Shown: piece after piece, positions 46,571 to 56,651 of the stretch | How positions within the stretch are numbered: the first letter of the stretch is position 1 | How the letters are laid out: the number at the start of each line of letters is the position of its first letter | NCBI GenBank assembly: GCA_041917215.1 | Contig: JAYRYC010000011.1 | Coordinates: 5,199-69,198 of the forward strand | Origin: Tagaea sp. | GTDB taxonomy: Bacteria > Pseudomonadota > Alphaproteobacteria > CACIAM-22H2 | Reading direction: 5' to 3' | DNA length: 64,000 nucleotides | Made by a program: the position numbers and the translations under genes | The notes under the pieces: model-generated | What the model was told of the DNA's origin: nothing | Seen by the model: the letters and a program-made list of their open reading frames with translations, nothing else | The model's database searches: none

Positions 46571-48649
46571 ATGCCCGATTCAAGCCCCCTCGCGAATAAT
46601 TGGCATTCTTCGGTCTGTCCGCATGATTGCCCTAGCGTTTGCGCGCTGGAAGTGGAGCGAATTTCCGAGTCGCGGATCGGCAAGGTGCGCGGCGCCGCCG
46701 CCAACGACTACACGGCGGGTGTGATCTGCGCGAAGGTGGCGCGCTACGCCGAACGCCAGCATCACCCCGGCCGTTTATCGGTACCGCTGCGCCGCGTCGG
46801 GCCCAAGGGTTGCGGGCCCGAAGGCTTCGTGCCGATCGCGTGGGACGAAGCGCTCGACGAAACCGCCGCGAAACTGAAAGCGGCGGCCGCGAAATTCGGG
46901 CCCGAGACCGTGTGGCCCTATTTCTACGCCGGCACGATGGGCCTGGTGCAGCGCGACGGCATCGACCGCTTGCGCAACGTGATGGGATATTCGCGCCAGT
47001 ATTCGACGATCTGCATCACGCTGGCCGATGCGGGCTGGCTGGCAGGGGCCGGCGCCAAGCGCGGCACGGATGCGCGCGAGATCGCGAAATCCGATCTGAT
47101 CGTCGTGTGGGGCGGCAATCCCGTTTCCACCCAAGTCAACGTGATGACGCATATCGCCCGCGCCAAGAAAACGCGCGGCGCGAAGCTGGTCGTCGTCGAT
47201 CCCTATCGCACGGGAACCGCGCAGCAAGCCGATCTGCATTTGATGGTGAAGCCGGGTACGGACGCCGCCTTGGCGCTGGGCGTCATGCATGTGCTGTTCG
47301 CCGAAGGCTACGCCGACCGCGATTACATGGCCCGCTATACGCGCGGCGCCGAAGCGCTCGAAACCCATGTCGCCGACAAGACGCCCGAATGGGCCGAGAG
47401 CGTTTGCGGCGTGCCGGCCGCGACGATCCGCGAATTCGCGCGGCTTTACGGCGCGACCAAGAACGCGTTTCTGCGTTTGGGCTACGGTTTCGCGCGCCAT
47501 CGCAACGGTTCGTCGTCGATGCATGCGGCGTCGTGCCTGCCCGCGATCACGGGGGCTTGGCGGAATGAAGGCGGCGGTGCCCTCTACGCGCAATCGTCGA
47601 TCTACGCGCTCGACAAGACGCTGATCCAGGGCCTCGACAAGCTCGATACACGCGTGCGCGAGCTCGATCAAAGCCGCATCGGCCCGGTGCTGACCGGCGA
47701 CAAGCGCGACCTGGGCGACGGGCCGCCGGTGACGGCGCTGTTCATCCAGAACACCAACCCGATGAACGTGGCGCCCGAACTTGCCAAAGTGCGCGCCGGA
47801 TTTATGCGGGACGATCTGTTCGTCTGCGTGCACGAGCAATTCCTGACCGAGACGGCGCGCATGGCCGATATCGTCCTGCCCGCGACGACGTTCCTGGAAC
47901 ACGACGACATCTATCAAGCGGGCGGGCACACTTATCTGCAGGTCGCGCGCAAGGTGGTCGAGCCCTACGCCCAGGCCAAATCCAATCACTGGGTCCATCG
48001 CGAACTCGCGAAGCGCTTGGGTGCGGAACATCGCGGCTTCGCGATGAGCGAATGGGACATCATCGATTGGACGCTGAAGGCGTCGGGCTATCCGTCGGCG
48101 GACGAAGTCCATGCCGGGCGCTGGCACGATCGCGCCTTGCCGTTCGAGAAGGCGCATTTCCTCGACGGGTTCGGCCACGACGACGGCAAATTCCACTTCG
48201 ACGCCGATTGGGCGAAGCTCGGCCCCGCTTGGGCCGAAATGCCGTCGCTGCCCACGCAAATGACGAATTACGACGCGGCCACGGACGACAAGCCCTTCCG
48301 GCTTGTGGCGGCCCCTGCGCGCACGTTCTTGAATTCGACCTTCACCGAAACGCCGGGCAGTCAGGAACGCGAACAGCGCCCGACGGCGATGATCCACCCC
48401 GACGCACTCGCCAAACTCGGCATCGCGGATGGCGCCCGCGTGCGATTGGGCAACGACAAGGGCTCGCTGATCATCCACGCCAAGGCGTTCGACGGCGTGT
48501 TGCCGGGCACGGTCGTGGTCGAAAGCATTTGGCCCAATGCGGCGTTCGAGGAAGGGATCGGCATCAATCTGCTGATTTCCGCCGATCCCGGTTTCCCCGC
48601 GGGCGGCGCCGTGTTCCACGACACCGCCATCTGGCTCAAGCCCGCTTAA
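46571..48649 (+). CDS. molybdopterin-dependent oxidoreductase (MopB superfamily, cytoplasmic, N-terminal 4Fe-4S motif)
   Basis: 692 aa; CPHDCPSVCALEV Cys cluster, ...VVWGGNP..., VVVDPYRT. No Tat signal; substrate not inferable. Confidence 0.8.
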   Translation: MPDSSPLANNWHSSVCPHDCPSVCALEVERISESRIGKVRGAAANDYTAGVICAKVARYAERQHHPGRLSVPLRRVGPKGCGPEGFVPIAWDEALDETAAKLKAAAAKFGPETVWPYFYAGTMGLVQRDGIDRLRNVMGYSRQYSTICITLADAGWLAGAGAKRGTDAREIAKSDLIVVWGGNPVSTQVNVMTHIARAKKTRGAKLVVVDPYRTGTAQQADLHLMVKPGTDAALALGVMHVLFAEGYADRDYMARYTRGAEALETHVADKTPEWAESVCGVPAATIREFARLYGATKNAFLRLGYGFARHRNGSSSMHAASCLPAITGAWRNEGGGALYAQSSIYALDKTLIQGLDKLDTRVRELDQSRIGPVLTGDKRDLGDGPPVTALFIQNTNPMNVAPELAKVRAGFMRDDLFVCVHEQFLTETARMADIVLPATTFLEHDDIYQAGGHTYLQVARKVVEPYAQAKSNHWVHRELAKRLGAEHRGFAMSEWDIIDWTLKASGYPSADEVHAGRWHDRALPFEKAHFLDGFGHDDGKFHFDADWAKLGPAWAEMPSLPTQMTNYDAATDDKPFRLVAAPARTFLNSTFTETPGSQEREQRPTAMIHPDALAKLGIADGARVRLGNDKGSLIIHAKAFDGVLPGTVVVESIWPNAAFEEGIGINLLISADPGFPAGGAVFHDTAIWLKPA

Positions 48650-49395
48650 GCGGCGACCACGCCGCCGTCGACGATGAAGTCGGATCCCGTGACGAACGAG
48701 GATTCGTCCGACGCCAGAAACACCGCCGCGTTGGCGATTTCGACCGGCTCGCCGAAGCGCTTCATCGGCACGGTCGATGCGATATGCGCCGCCATGCCCG
48801 CGCGCTGATCGTCGGGCATATTGACCTTGCCGAAGATCGGCGTGGCGACCGGACCGGGGCTGATCGTGTTGACGCGGATGCCGCGCCCGACCAGATCGAC
48901 GGCGAGTGCGCGACTCATCGCCAGGATGGCGCCTTTGCTGGCCGAATAGGCTTGCGAATTCCCGAAGCCCACACTGGCGACGACCGACGCCGTATAGATG
49001 ATCGACGCCTTGGCCGAGAAATGCGGCAGCAGCGCCTGGGTCAAAAAGAACGGGCCCTTCACGTTCACGTCGATCTGCTTGTCGTATTCGGCCTCGGTGA
49101 ACGTGTCGAATGCGCCCAACGTCGCGATACCCGCATTGGCGAACAGAATGTCGAGCTTGCCGAACTTGGCCGCGATCTGCGCCGCGAGATCCTTCTGCGC
49201 CGCGACCGACGCGCTATCGGCGCGGATCGCCACGACGTTGCCGCCCAGATCCTTGGCGGCGGCGGCGAGATTGTCGGGGTTGTTGCCGGTGATCGCGACG
49301 CGCGCGCCCTCGGCCAGGAAGCGGCGCGCGGTTTCGAGACCGATACCGGTCGTGCCGCCGGTGACGAGGGCGGTCTTGCCTTGTAGACGGGACAT
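48646..49395 (-). CDS. SDR family oxidoreductase
   Basis: Start ATG 49395: MSRLQGKTALVTGGTTGIGLE..; NAG; YSASKGA catalytic motif. Confidence 0.9.
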   Translation of the reverse strand: MSRLQGKTALVTGGTTGIGLETARRFLAEGARVAITGNNPDNLAAAAKDLGGNVVAIRADSASVAAQKDLAAQIAAKFGKLDILFANAGIATLGAFDTFTEAEYDKQIDVNVKGPFFLTQALLPHFSAKASIIYTASVVASVGFGNSQAYSASKGAILAMSRALAVDLVGRGIRVNTISPGPVATPIFGKVNMPDDQRAGMAAHIASTVPMKRFGEPVEIANAAVFLASDESSFVTGSDFIVDGGVVAA

Positions 49396-49508
49396 GGGCG
49401 GAAGCCTTCCGGGGAATGCGGCGCGGGATTGCACCGTTTCTTACTGTTTGGTACAAATAGGAGGCTCCCTTGCCCTTACAAGGGGGTTTCTTACCGAAAG
49501 GTATAAAA

Positions 49509-50084
49509 ATGGGTCGGCCCCGCCGATTCGACGAAAATGCCGCCTTGGACGCCGCGATCGACGTGTTCTCACGCTATGGCTACGAAGGCGCGTCGCTGGA
49601 CCAATTGACCGAGGCGATGGGCATCAACCGCCCGAGCCTGTACGGCGCGTTCGGCGACAAGGCGGATTTGTTCGAGAAGGCGATCAGCCGCTACGCCGAG
49701 GGCCCGGGCCGGGCGGGCGTGGCCGCGATCGAGGCGGCACCCGATCTAGATACCGCGATCCGCGGCTATTTCGGTGTCGTCGAAGCCAATAGCTGCATGC
49801 GAAATCGCCCGCCGGGCTGCCTCGTCGCCTGCGTTTTAGGCGAAGCCTCCGGTCTCGACCGGCGCTGGCGCGAAATGGCGCATCGCCTCGCCCGCGAATC
49901 CGAACGGCGCGTGGCGGCGGGTTTCGCGCGCTTTCTGCCGGCGGAAAAGGCCGCGACGCTGGCGAGTTTGGTCCAAACCTTGGGCATCGGCCTCGCCGCC
50001 GCCGCAAAAGCGGGCTTGTCGCAAGCGGAACTGAAAACCCGGATCGACACGGCGCGCGATGCCGCGTTGAAGGCCGCCGCCTGA
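49509..50084 (+). CDS. TetR/AcrR family transcriptional regulator
   Basis: MGRPRRFDENAALDAAIDVFSRYGYEGASLDQLTEAMGINRPSLYGAFGDK is a classic TetR HTH. An alternative in-frame TTG start at 49470 is preceded by AGGAGG (49459-49464). Confidence 0.85.
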   Translation: MGRPRRFDENAALDAAIDVFSRYGYEGASLDQLTEAMGINRPSLYGAFGDKADLFEKAISRYAEGPGRAGVAAIEAAPDLDTAIRGYFGVVEANSCMRNRPPGCLVACVLGEASGLDRRWREMAHRLARESERRVAAGFARFLPAEKAATLASLVQTLGIGLAAAAKAGLSQAELKTRIDTARDAALKAAA

Positions 50085-50242
50085 TTGGCACGCGATCTGC
50101 ATTCATTGATCCATGTACGCGCCGGGATTGGGAACCTGCTTCCCGTTTCCCGTTGGCGGACAGGTTTCTCCCCAACTTGGGCCGCGCCCTCTGGCAGCGG
50201 CCCTTTTTCTTGGGCAAAAGTCTTTTCCCGACTCCTCGAAGA

Positions 50243-50683
50243 ATGGAACCCGAAATGGCCGATACCGTCCCGCATCTGAAGCTGACCTATGAAGGCGCCA
50301 ACAAGGTTCTGGCGGCGGCGGTGGCCAAGGCGAACGCGATGGGCGTGCCGCAATGCATCGTCGTGACCGACGATGGCGGCCATATGCTCGCCTTCGCGCG
50401 CATGGACGGTGCCAAGGTGCTATCGATCGATTCCGCGACGATGAAGGCGAAGACGGCGGCGTCGAGCCGCGTGCCCACCGGCGGCATTCCCGATGCGGCG
50501 CTGGAAGGCCGCTTGGTCGCCGCGACGCAAGGCAAGCTGACCAATTTGAAGGGCGGCTTCCCGATCGTCGTCGACGGCAAAGTCATCGGCGCGATCGGCG
50601 TGGGCTCGGGCACGGGCGAGCAGGATATCGACGTGGCGCTGGCCGGCCTCGCCGCGCTGTCGGGGGCGAAGACCGCGTTCTAA
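50243..50683 (+). CDS. GlcG/HbpS-like heme-binding (DUF336) protein
   Basis: LTYEGANKVLAAAVAKANAMGVPQCIVVTDDGGHMLAFARMDGA....GAIGVGSGTGEQD. Start is ATG 50243 or 50255. Confidence 0.75.
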   Translation: MEPEMADTVPHLKLTYEGANKVLAAAVAKANAMGVPQCIVVTDDGGHMLAFARMDGAKVLSIDSATMKAKTAASSRVPTGGIPDAALEGRLVAATQGKLTNLKGGFPIVVDGKVIGAIGVGSGTGEQDIDVALAGLAALSGAKTAF

Positions 50684-52518
50684 GCGCGAACCGGCGCTGC
50701 GGTCGTCTTCTGCGCGACGACGACCGCCGCCGCGAGCCCCAAGCCCAGCAGATCGTATTCCCAGCCGGGGAAGATCAACGCCAGCGCGGCCGCGACCAGC
50801 GCGACATTCTCCCACATCCGGCTATGGCGCAGCAGATAGCCGTGCAAACCGGCGGCGAGCAGCAGGCAACCGATCGACGACGTGATGAGGGCGGGCACGA
50901 TATCGCTCCACTCGCCGATCATCAGAATCGCGGGCTGGTAGACGAACATGAAGGGCACGATGAAGCCGGCGGCGCCGATGCGCACCGCCGCCCATCCCGC
51001 CTTCCACAGATCCGCACCCGCGAGACTCGCGGCGGCGAAAACGGCCAGCGCCACCGGCGGCGTGATCGCCGAAAGGATGGCGAAGTAGAACGCGAACATA
51101 TGCGCCGCGGGCTGTACGACGCCCAGCTTCATGATCGCAGGGACCAGCAGCGACACCATGATGATGTAAGCGGGCGTGGTCGGCATGCCCATGCCCAGCA
51201 CGATCCCGGCCATGCCGGTGACGACCAGCGCCAGGAACAGCGTGTTCTGCGCCAAGGCGAGCACGATCTGCGTGAACGAAATGCCGATCCCGGTCAGCGC
51301 GATCACGCCGATCACGATGCCGGCACATGCGCACGCCATCGCGACGGCGAGCGCGTTTTTGGCGCCGTCGATCAGCGCATCAACGACCGTCCACCAGGTG
51401 ATCCCTTGGCGCGTATTGGCGCGCAGCAAGGCGACCGGCAAACACGCAATCGTGCCCGCCAGCGCCGCGAGCGGCGCGGAATAGCCCGCGATCATCCCGC
51501 CCAGCACGATCGCCACTGGAATGAACAAATGCCCGCGCTCGCGCAGCACGGTGCCGAGCTTCGGGCATTCGGCGTCGGGCACGCCGCTCAATCCCGCGCG
51601 CTTCGCCTCGAAATGCACCGCGCCGAAACAGGCGAGGTAATAGAGCAGCGACGGGATTAGCGCCCAGATCGTAACCTGGAGATAGGAAACGGCGAGATAC
51701 TCGGCCATCACGAAGGCGGCGGCCCCCATGATCGGCGGCATGATCTGCCCGCCGGTCGAGGCGACGGATTCCACACCGGCCGCGAAATGCTTGGTGAAGC
51801 CCGTGCGCTTCATCAACGGAATCGTGATCGGCCCATCGACCATCACATTGGCGACGGCCGAGCCGGAGATCGTGCCGAACAGCGACGACGACACGACCGC
51901 GACCTTGCCCGGCCCACCCGCCTGACGGCCGGTCAAGGCGAGTGCAAAATCCATGAAGAGCTGGCCCGTGCCCGAGCGCTCCATGAACGAGCCGAACAGC
52001 ACGAAAACCAGCACGAAGGCGGCCGACACGCCCAAAGTCGAGCCAAAAATCCCTTCGGTCGTGAGATAGATCTGATCGAGTGTGGCCATCACCGAGATAT
52101 TGGTGAAGAACAGCGCGTAGCCCAGAAACACCATCGCGGTGATCGGCAGCGCCCAGCCGATCACGCGGCGCGTGGCTTCCAGCACCAGCACGATGCACGC
52201 GACCGCCATGATCTGATCGAGAATCGTGGGATCGTCGATATAGGGAATGCGGTTGATGAGATATTTGTAATTGACGAACAGATAGAAGACGACGACGAGC
52301 GAACCCGCGAGGCACAGCCAATCGACAATGCCGGGCTCGCCGCGCTTTTCGCCCCGGAACGGGTAGATCAAAAAGACCAGCACCATGGCGAACAGCAAAT
52401 GCCCGCCGCGGAAGAACAGCGCTTCGGGCGGGGCCGCCGCGATCACCCACATATGCCAGAGCGACATGACGGCACCGATGATGCCGATCAGCCAAGCGAT
52501 CGCGCGCGTATACGTCAT
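50680..52518 (-). CDS. TRAP transporter fused permease (TAXI-type, DctQ/DctM-like)
   Basis: ~612 aa, highly hydrophobic; SSSLFGTISGSAVANV and GGQIMPPIMGAAAF motifs. Start ATG 52518 preferred over TTG 52548. Confidence 0.9.
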   Translation of the reverse strand: MTYTRAIAWLIGIIGAVMSLWHMWVIAAAPPEALFFRGGHLLFAMVLVFLIYPFRGEKRGEPGIVDWLCLAGSLVVVFYLFVNYKYLINRIPYIDDPTILDQIMAVACIVLVLEATRRVIGWALPITAMVFLGYALFFTNISVMATLDQIYLTTEGIFGSTLGVSAAFVLVFVLFGSFMERSGTGQLFMDFALALTGRQAGGPGKVAVVSSSLFGTISGSAVANVMVDGPITIPLMKRTGFTKHFAAGVESVASTGGQIMPPIMGAAAFVMAEYLAVSYLQVTIWALIPSLLYYLACFGAVHFEAKRAGLSGVPDAECPKLGTVLRERGHLFIPVAIVLGGMIAGYSAPLAALAGTIACLPVALLRANTRQGITWWTVVDALIDGAKNALAVAMACACAGIVIGVIALTGIGISFTQIVLALAQNTLFLALVVTGMAGIVLGMGMPTTPAYIIMVSLLVPAIMKLGVVQPAAHMFAFYFAILSAITPPVALAVFAAASLAGADLWKAGWAAVRIGAAGFIVPFMFVYQPAILMIGEWSDIVPALITSSIGCLLLAAGLHGYLLRHSRMWENVALVAAALALIFPGWEYDLLGLGLAAAVVVAQKTTAAPVRA

Positions 52519-52550
52519 GCCGTACGAAGCCCCGTCCCCGGAACGCAAAA

Positions 52551-52577
52551 GGGCCGGCGGTCTTGCGCCGCCGGCCC
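52551..52577 (-). terminator. intercistronic hairpin between the TAXI binding-protein and permease genes
   Basis: gggccggcgg-tcttgcg-ccgccggccc (10-bp perfect stem). On the minus strand it is followed by CUUUUGCGUU. Confidence 0.45.
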
Positions 52578-52586
52578 CGTCGCGCC

Positions 52587-53537
52587 TTAAATCTTCACGC
52601 CGCGTTCGACGTAGAACTTCTTGGCGCCCGGATGGAACGGCACGCCGATATCCTCGCCCATCGCGGCGGGGGTGATGCCGTCCATCGCCTTATTCACGGC
52701 GACCAGATCGCGCATATTGTCCTGGATCGCGCGCATCATCGTATAGACGCGATCTTCGGGCAGCTTGCACGACACGATCAGATGCGCGGCGTAGCCGATC
52801 TTGGTCACGGCCGCGGGCTGATTGGGATAGGTGTTGGCCGGCAGCGTGACCGCGACGTAACCAGAATTGATCTTCTTCATCGGGTCGACCGAATCCTTGA
52901 GGTCGAGCACGCGGATGCGCCGCGACGTGGCGAGATCCATCACCGACGACGCGGGAATGGTCGTGCCGAGCGTGAAGGCCTGGGCGTGGCCGTCCTTCAG
53001 CAGCGACACCGCGTCGTTATAGGACGGCAGGAAATTGACTTTCATGTCGGTGTACGACATGCCGACCGTCTTCAGAATGTGCTGGGTGATGACCTCGGCC
53101 GTGTTGCCGCGCGTCTGCACCGCGATCGCCTTGCCCTTCAGATCGCGCACCGAGTTGATTCCCGAATCCTCGTTCACGACGATCTGGAAATACTGCGGAT
53201 AGAGCGAGGCCATCTGGCAGACATTCGCCGCCTTGCGCGGGAACGGCTCGACGCCGTTGACACCGTCGACGGTCGAAATCGAATTGCCGAAGCCGATTTC
53301 GGCGCGGTCTTCGTCCACGCCGCGCACATTGGCGATGCCCGCCCCCGGCAGCGTTTGCACCGACAGGCCCGGAATCGCCTTTTCCCAGATGTTCTTGAGC
53401 GCACCGCCCAGCGGCACCCAAACGCCGCCCTGCGGGCCGGTCATGAGGCGGTAGTTGTTCGCACCTTGCGCGTGGGCCGGGGCGACGGCGGCCAAAACGG
53501 CCAAACCCACCACAGCCGGCAAAAGCCGACGGATCAT
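52587..53537 (-). CDS. TAXI family TRAP transporter solute-binding subunit
   Basis: Start ATG 53537 (GGGAGG 6 nt upstream): MIRRLLPAVVGLAVLAAVAPAHA signal peptide, ...YRLMTGPQGGVW..., ...HPGA.K.Y.E.G... typical of the TAXI (immunogenic protein) family. Confidence 0.85.
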   Translation of the reverse strand: MIRRLLPAVVGLAVLAAVAPAHAQGANNYRLMTGPQGGVWVPLGGALKNIWEKAIPGLSVQTLPGAGIANVRGVDEDRAEIGFGNSISTVDGVNGVEPFPRKAANVCQMASLYPQYFQIVVNEDSGINSVRDLKGKAIAVQTRGNTAEVITQHILKTVGMSYTDMKVNFLPSYNDAVSLLKDGHAQAFTLGTTIPASSVMDLATSRRIRVLDLKDSVDPMKKINSGYVAVTLPANTYPNQPAAVTKIGYAAHLIVSCKLPEDRVYTMMRAIQDNMRDLVAVNKAMDGITPAAMGEDIGVPFHPGAKKFYVERGVKI

Positions 53538-53614
53538 GCTTACCTCCCATTTCATCGGAGCCCTCGGATCGGGGCCCTTCGAAGGGGATTAGAGCATGAT
53601 CCGCCGTGCGGTCA

Positions 53615-55339
53615 CTAGTGGATTTCGGGCTCCGGAATCGGCGCCGTGCCGCGCAGGAAGTCGAAGTCGCAGCCTTCGTTCGCCTGCGTGACGTGCTTCA
53701 AATGGATCATGCCGAAGCCGCGCGGATAATGCGGTTTCGGCGCTTTCCATTCCGCCTTGCGCTTGGCCATTTCGGCGTCGGAAATTTCCAGCGTCAGCTT
53801 GCGACCCGGCACGTCCAGCGAAATGATATCGCCGTCGCGCACGAGGGCGAGCGGCCCGCCCAGCGCGGATTCCGGTGCCACGTGCAGAACGCAAGCGCCG
53901 TAGCTCGTGCCCGACATGCGCGCGTCGGAGATGCGCACCATGTCGCGCACGCCTTCCTGCAGCAGTTTCTTCGGGATCGGCAATTGGCCCCATTCCGGCA
54001 TGCCGGGCGCGCCCAACGGTCCCGCCGAGCGCAGCACAAGCACCGAATCCTTGGTGACGTTCAAATTTGGATCGTCGATGCGCGCGGCCATGTCGTCGTA
54101 GTTGTTGAACACGCAAGCCGGTCCGCGATGGACCAGCAGATGCGGTTCCGCCGCCGGCGGCTTGATGACGGCACCATCGGGGCAGAGATTGCCGCGCAGC
54201 ACGGCCAACCCGCCCTCGCCCTTCACCGGATTGTCGCGCTTGCGGATCACATCGTCGTCATAGACTTCCGCGCCCTTGATGTTCTCGCCCAGCGTCTTGC
54301 CGTTGACGGTCACGCAGCCAAGATTCAGATCGCCCGCGATGCGGTTGAGCAAGCCCGGCAGACCGCCCGCGTAGAAGAAATCCTCCATCAGGTATTTGCC
54401 CGCCGGCCGGATATTGCCGAGCATCGGCACCTTGCGCGACAGCGCGTCGAACCGGTCGAGATCGAGCTTGGCGTTGAGGCGCCCGGCCATCGCAATCAGA
54501 TGGATGACCGCGTTGGTCGAGCCCGCGATCGCCAGCACGGTCAGCACCGCGTTTTCGAACGCTTCGGTCGTCATCACGTCGCTGGGCTTCAAATCGTCCC
54601 ACACCATGTCGACGATGCGCCGGCCGCAGGCGGCGGCCATGCGCACATGGCCCGAATCCGCCGCCGGAATCGACGACGCACCGGGCAGCGTCATGCCGAG
54701 CGCTTCGGCCGCCGACGCCATGGTCGAGGCCGTACCCATCGTCATGCAGGTACCGAAGCTGCGCGCGATCCCGTCTTCGATTTCGACCCACGCCTTGTCG
54801 TCGATATTCCCGGCGCGCTTCTCGGCCCAATATTTCCAGACGTCGGAGCCCGAGCCCAAAGTCTTGCCGTGCCAATGGCCGCGCAGCATCGGGCCCGCCG
54901 GCATGAAGATCGCCGGAATGTTCATCGACGCCGCCCCCATCAGCATGGCGGGCACGGTCTTGTCGCAGCCGCCCATCAGGACGACGCCGTCGACCGGATT
55001 GGCGCGCAGCAATTCCTCGACGTCGATCGACAGCAGATTGCGGTAGATCATCGTCGTCGGCTTCATGAACGGCTCGCCCAGCGACATCGCGGGCATTTCC
55101 AGCGGGAAGCCGCCCGCCTGGAGCACGCCGCGCTTCACGTCGTCGACGCGGCTTTTGAAATGGTGGTGGCAGGGATTGGCGTCGCTGAACGTGTTGATGA
55201 TCGCGATCACCGGCTTGCCCGCGTAATCCTCGGCGTCGAAGCCCATTTGCTTGGTCCGCGAGCGATGCCCGAAGGACCGCATATCCTGGACGCCGTACCA
55301 ACGATGGCTACGCAGTTCTTCCGGTTTCTTGCGACTCAT
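53615..55339 (-). CDS. IlvD/Edd family dehydratase (sugar-acid / dihydroxy-acid dehydratase type)
   Basis: Start ATG 55339 (GGAGGGAG upstream): [16 protein letters not shown]...; [14 protein letters not shown] and [12 protein letters not shown] motifs. Confidence 0.9.
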   Translation of the reverse strand: MSRKKPEELRSHRWYGVQDMRSFGHRSRTKQMGFDAEDYAGKPVIAIINTFSDANPCHHHFKSRVDDVKRGVLQAGGFPLEMPAMSLGEPFMKPTTMIYRNLLSIDVEELLRANPVDGVVLMGGCDKTVPAMLMGAASMNIPAIFMPAGPMLRGHWHGKTLGSGSDVWKYWAEKRAGNIDDKAWVEIEDGIARSFGTCMTMGTASTMASAAEALGMTLPGASSIPAADSGHVRMAAACGRRIVDMVWDDLKPSDVMTTEAFENAVLTVLAIAGSTNAVIHLIAMAGRLNAKLDLDRFDALSRKVPMLGNIRPAGKYLMEDFFYAGGLPGLLNRIAGDLNLGCVTVNGKTLGENIKGAEVYDDDVIRKRDNPVKGEGGLAVLRGNLCPDGAVIKPPAAEPHLLVHRGPACVFNNYDDMAARIDDPNLNVTKDSVLVLRSAGPLGAPGMPEWGQLPIPKKLLQEGVRDMVRISDARMSGTSYGACVLHVAPESALGGPLALVRDGDIISLDVPGRKLTLEISDAEMAKRKAEWKAPKPHYPRGFGMIHLKHVTQANEGCDFDFLRGTAPIPEPEIH

Positions 55340-55418
55340 AACGCTCCCTCCGCTTGCACTGTTGGCCGGGAGAATGCGACGTTTCGGGTTCGGCAATCAA
55401 CTTTTCCCGCGAGTTTCG

Positions 55419-56651
55419 ATGGATAATTTACGTATCGACGCAAGCCGCCTCTGGGCCTCGCTGATGGAGATGGGCGAAATCGGCGCCACGCCCAAAGGCG
55501 GTTGCGCAAGGCTGGCGCTGACCGATCTCGACCGCCGAGGCCGCGATCTGCTCGTTCGCTGGGCAAAGACAATCGGTTGCACGGCGACGGTCGATCGCGT
55601 CGGTAACATCTTCCTGCGCCGCGAAGGCACCAAACCGGAACTTCCTGCCGTGGCGACCGGCAGCCATCTCGACACCCAACCGACCGGCGGCAAGTTCGAC
55701 GGCGTCTATGGCGTGCTCGCGGGGCTTGAGGTGTTGCGCACGTTGCACGACGCGAAGATCCAAACCGATCGCGCGATCGAAGTCGTCGTGTGGACGAACG
55801 AGGAAGGCTCGCGCTTCTCGCCCGCGATGATGGGCTCGGGCGCCTATGCGGGCGTGTTCCCGCTCGAGGAGGTCGAAGCCAAGACCGATGTCGACGGCAA
55901 TCGCTTCGACGCGGAACTGGCCAAGATCGGCTATCGCGGCGACGCGGCCGTTGGCGGGCGCAATATCGGCGCCTATTTCGAAGCGCATATCGAGCAAGGC
56001 CCGATCTTGGAGGCCGAGGACAAAACCATCGGCGTGGTCACCGGTGCCCAAGGCCAGCGCTGGTACGAAGTGACCGTCGTCGGCCAAGAAGCGCATGCCG
56101 GGCCGACGCCGATGCGCCGCCGGCGCGACGCGCTGGTGGGGGCTTCGCGGATGATCGATGCGGTCAACAAGATCGGCCACGAACATCAGCCTTACGCCTG
56201 CGCCACGGTCGGCTTCATCCAAAGCTTCCCCAACAGCCGCAACACGATTCCGGGGCGCGTCTTCTTCACCGTCGATTTCCGCCATCCGGACGACGAACGC
56301 TTGTCGTCGATGGATGCGGCGCTGAAGGCGCAATGCGCCAAGATCGCCGAACAGGCCGGGCTGGAATTGGAGATCAAGGATTTCTGGTATTTCCCGCCCA
56401 CGCCCTTTGCCCCGCATTTGATCGAACGCGTGCGCGACGGCGCCGCCGCGTTTGGCTATTCGGCGATGAACATCATCTCCGGGGCCGGCCACGACGCGGT
56501 CTATATGGCCAAGGTCTGCCCGACGACGATGATCTTCGTGCCGTGCAAGGACGGCATCAGCCATAACGAGATCGAGGACGCGAAGCCCGAACATCTGGAA
56601 GCGGGCTGCAACGTGTTGCTGCGCGCGATCTTGGAGGCGAGCAAGGCGTGA
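55419..56651 (+). CDS. M20-family Zn-dependent amidohydrolase (N-carbamoyl-L-amino-acid hydrolase / allantoate amidohydrolase type)
   Basis: Start ATG 55419: MDNLRIDASRLWASLMEMGEIG...; GSHLDTQPTGGKFDGVYGVLAGLEV, WTNEEGSRF, AGHDA. Confidence 0.85.
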   Translation: MDNLRIDASRLWASLMEMGEIGATPKGGCARLALTDLDRRGRDLLVRWAKTIGCTATVDRVGNIFLRREGTKPELPAVATGSHLDTQPTGGKFDGVYGVLAGLEVLRTLHDAKIQTDRAIEVVVWTNEEGSRFSPAMMGSGAYAGVFPLEEVEAKTDVDGNRFDAELAKIGYRGDAAVGGRNIGAYFEAHIEQGPILEAEDKTIGVVTGAQGQRWYEVTVVGQEAHAGPTPMRRRRDALVGASRMIDAVNKIGHEHQPYACATVGFIQSFPNSRNTIPGRVFFTVDFRHPDDERLSSMDAALKAQCAKIAEQAGLELEIKDFWYFPPTPFAPHLIERVRDGAAAFGYSAMNIISGAGHDAVYMAKVCPTTMIFVPCKDGISHNEIEDAKPEHLEAGCNVLLRAILEASKA

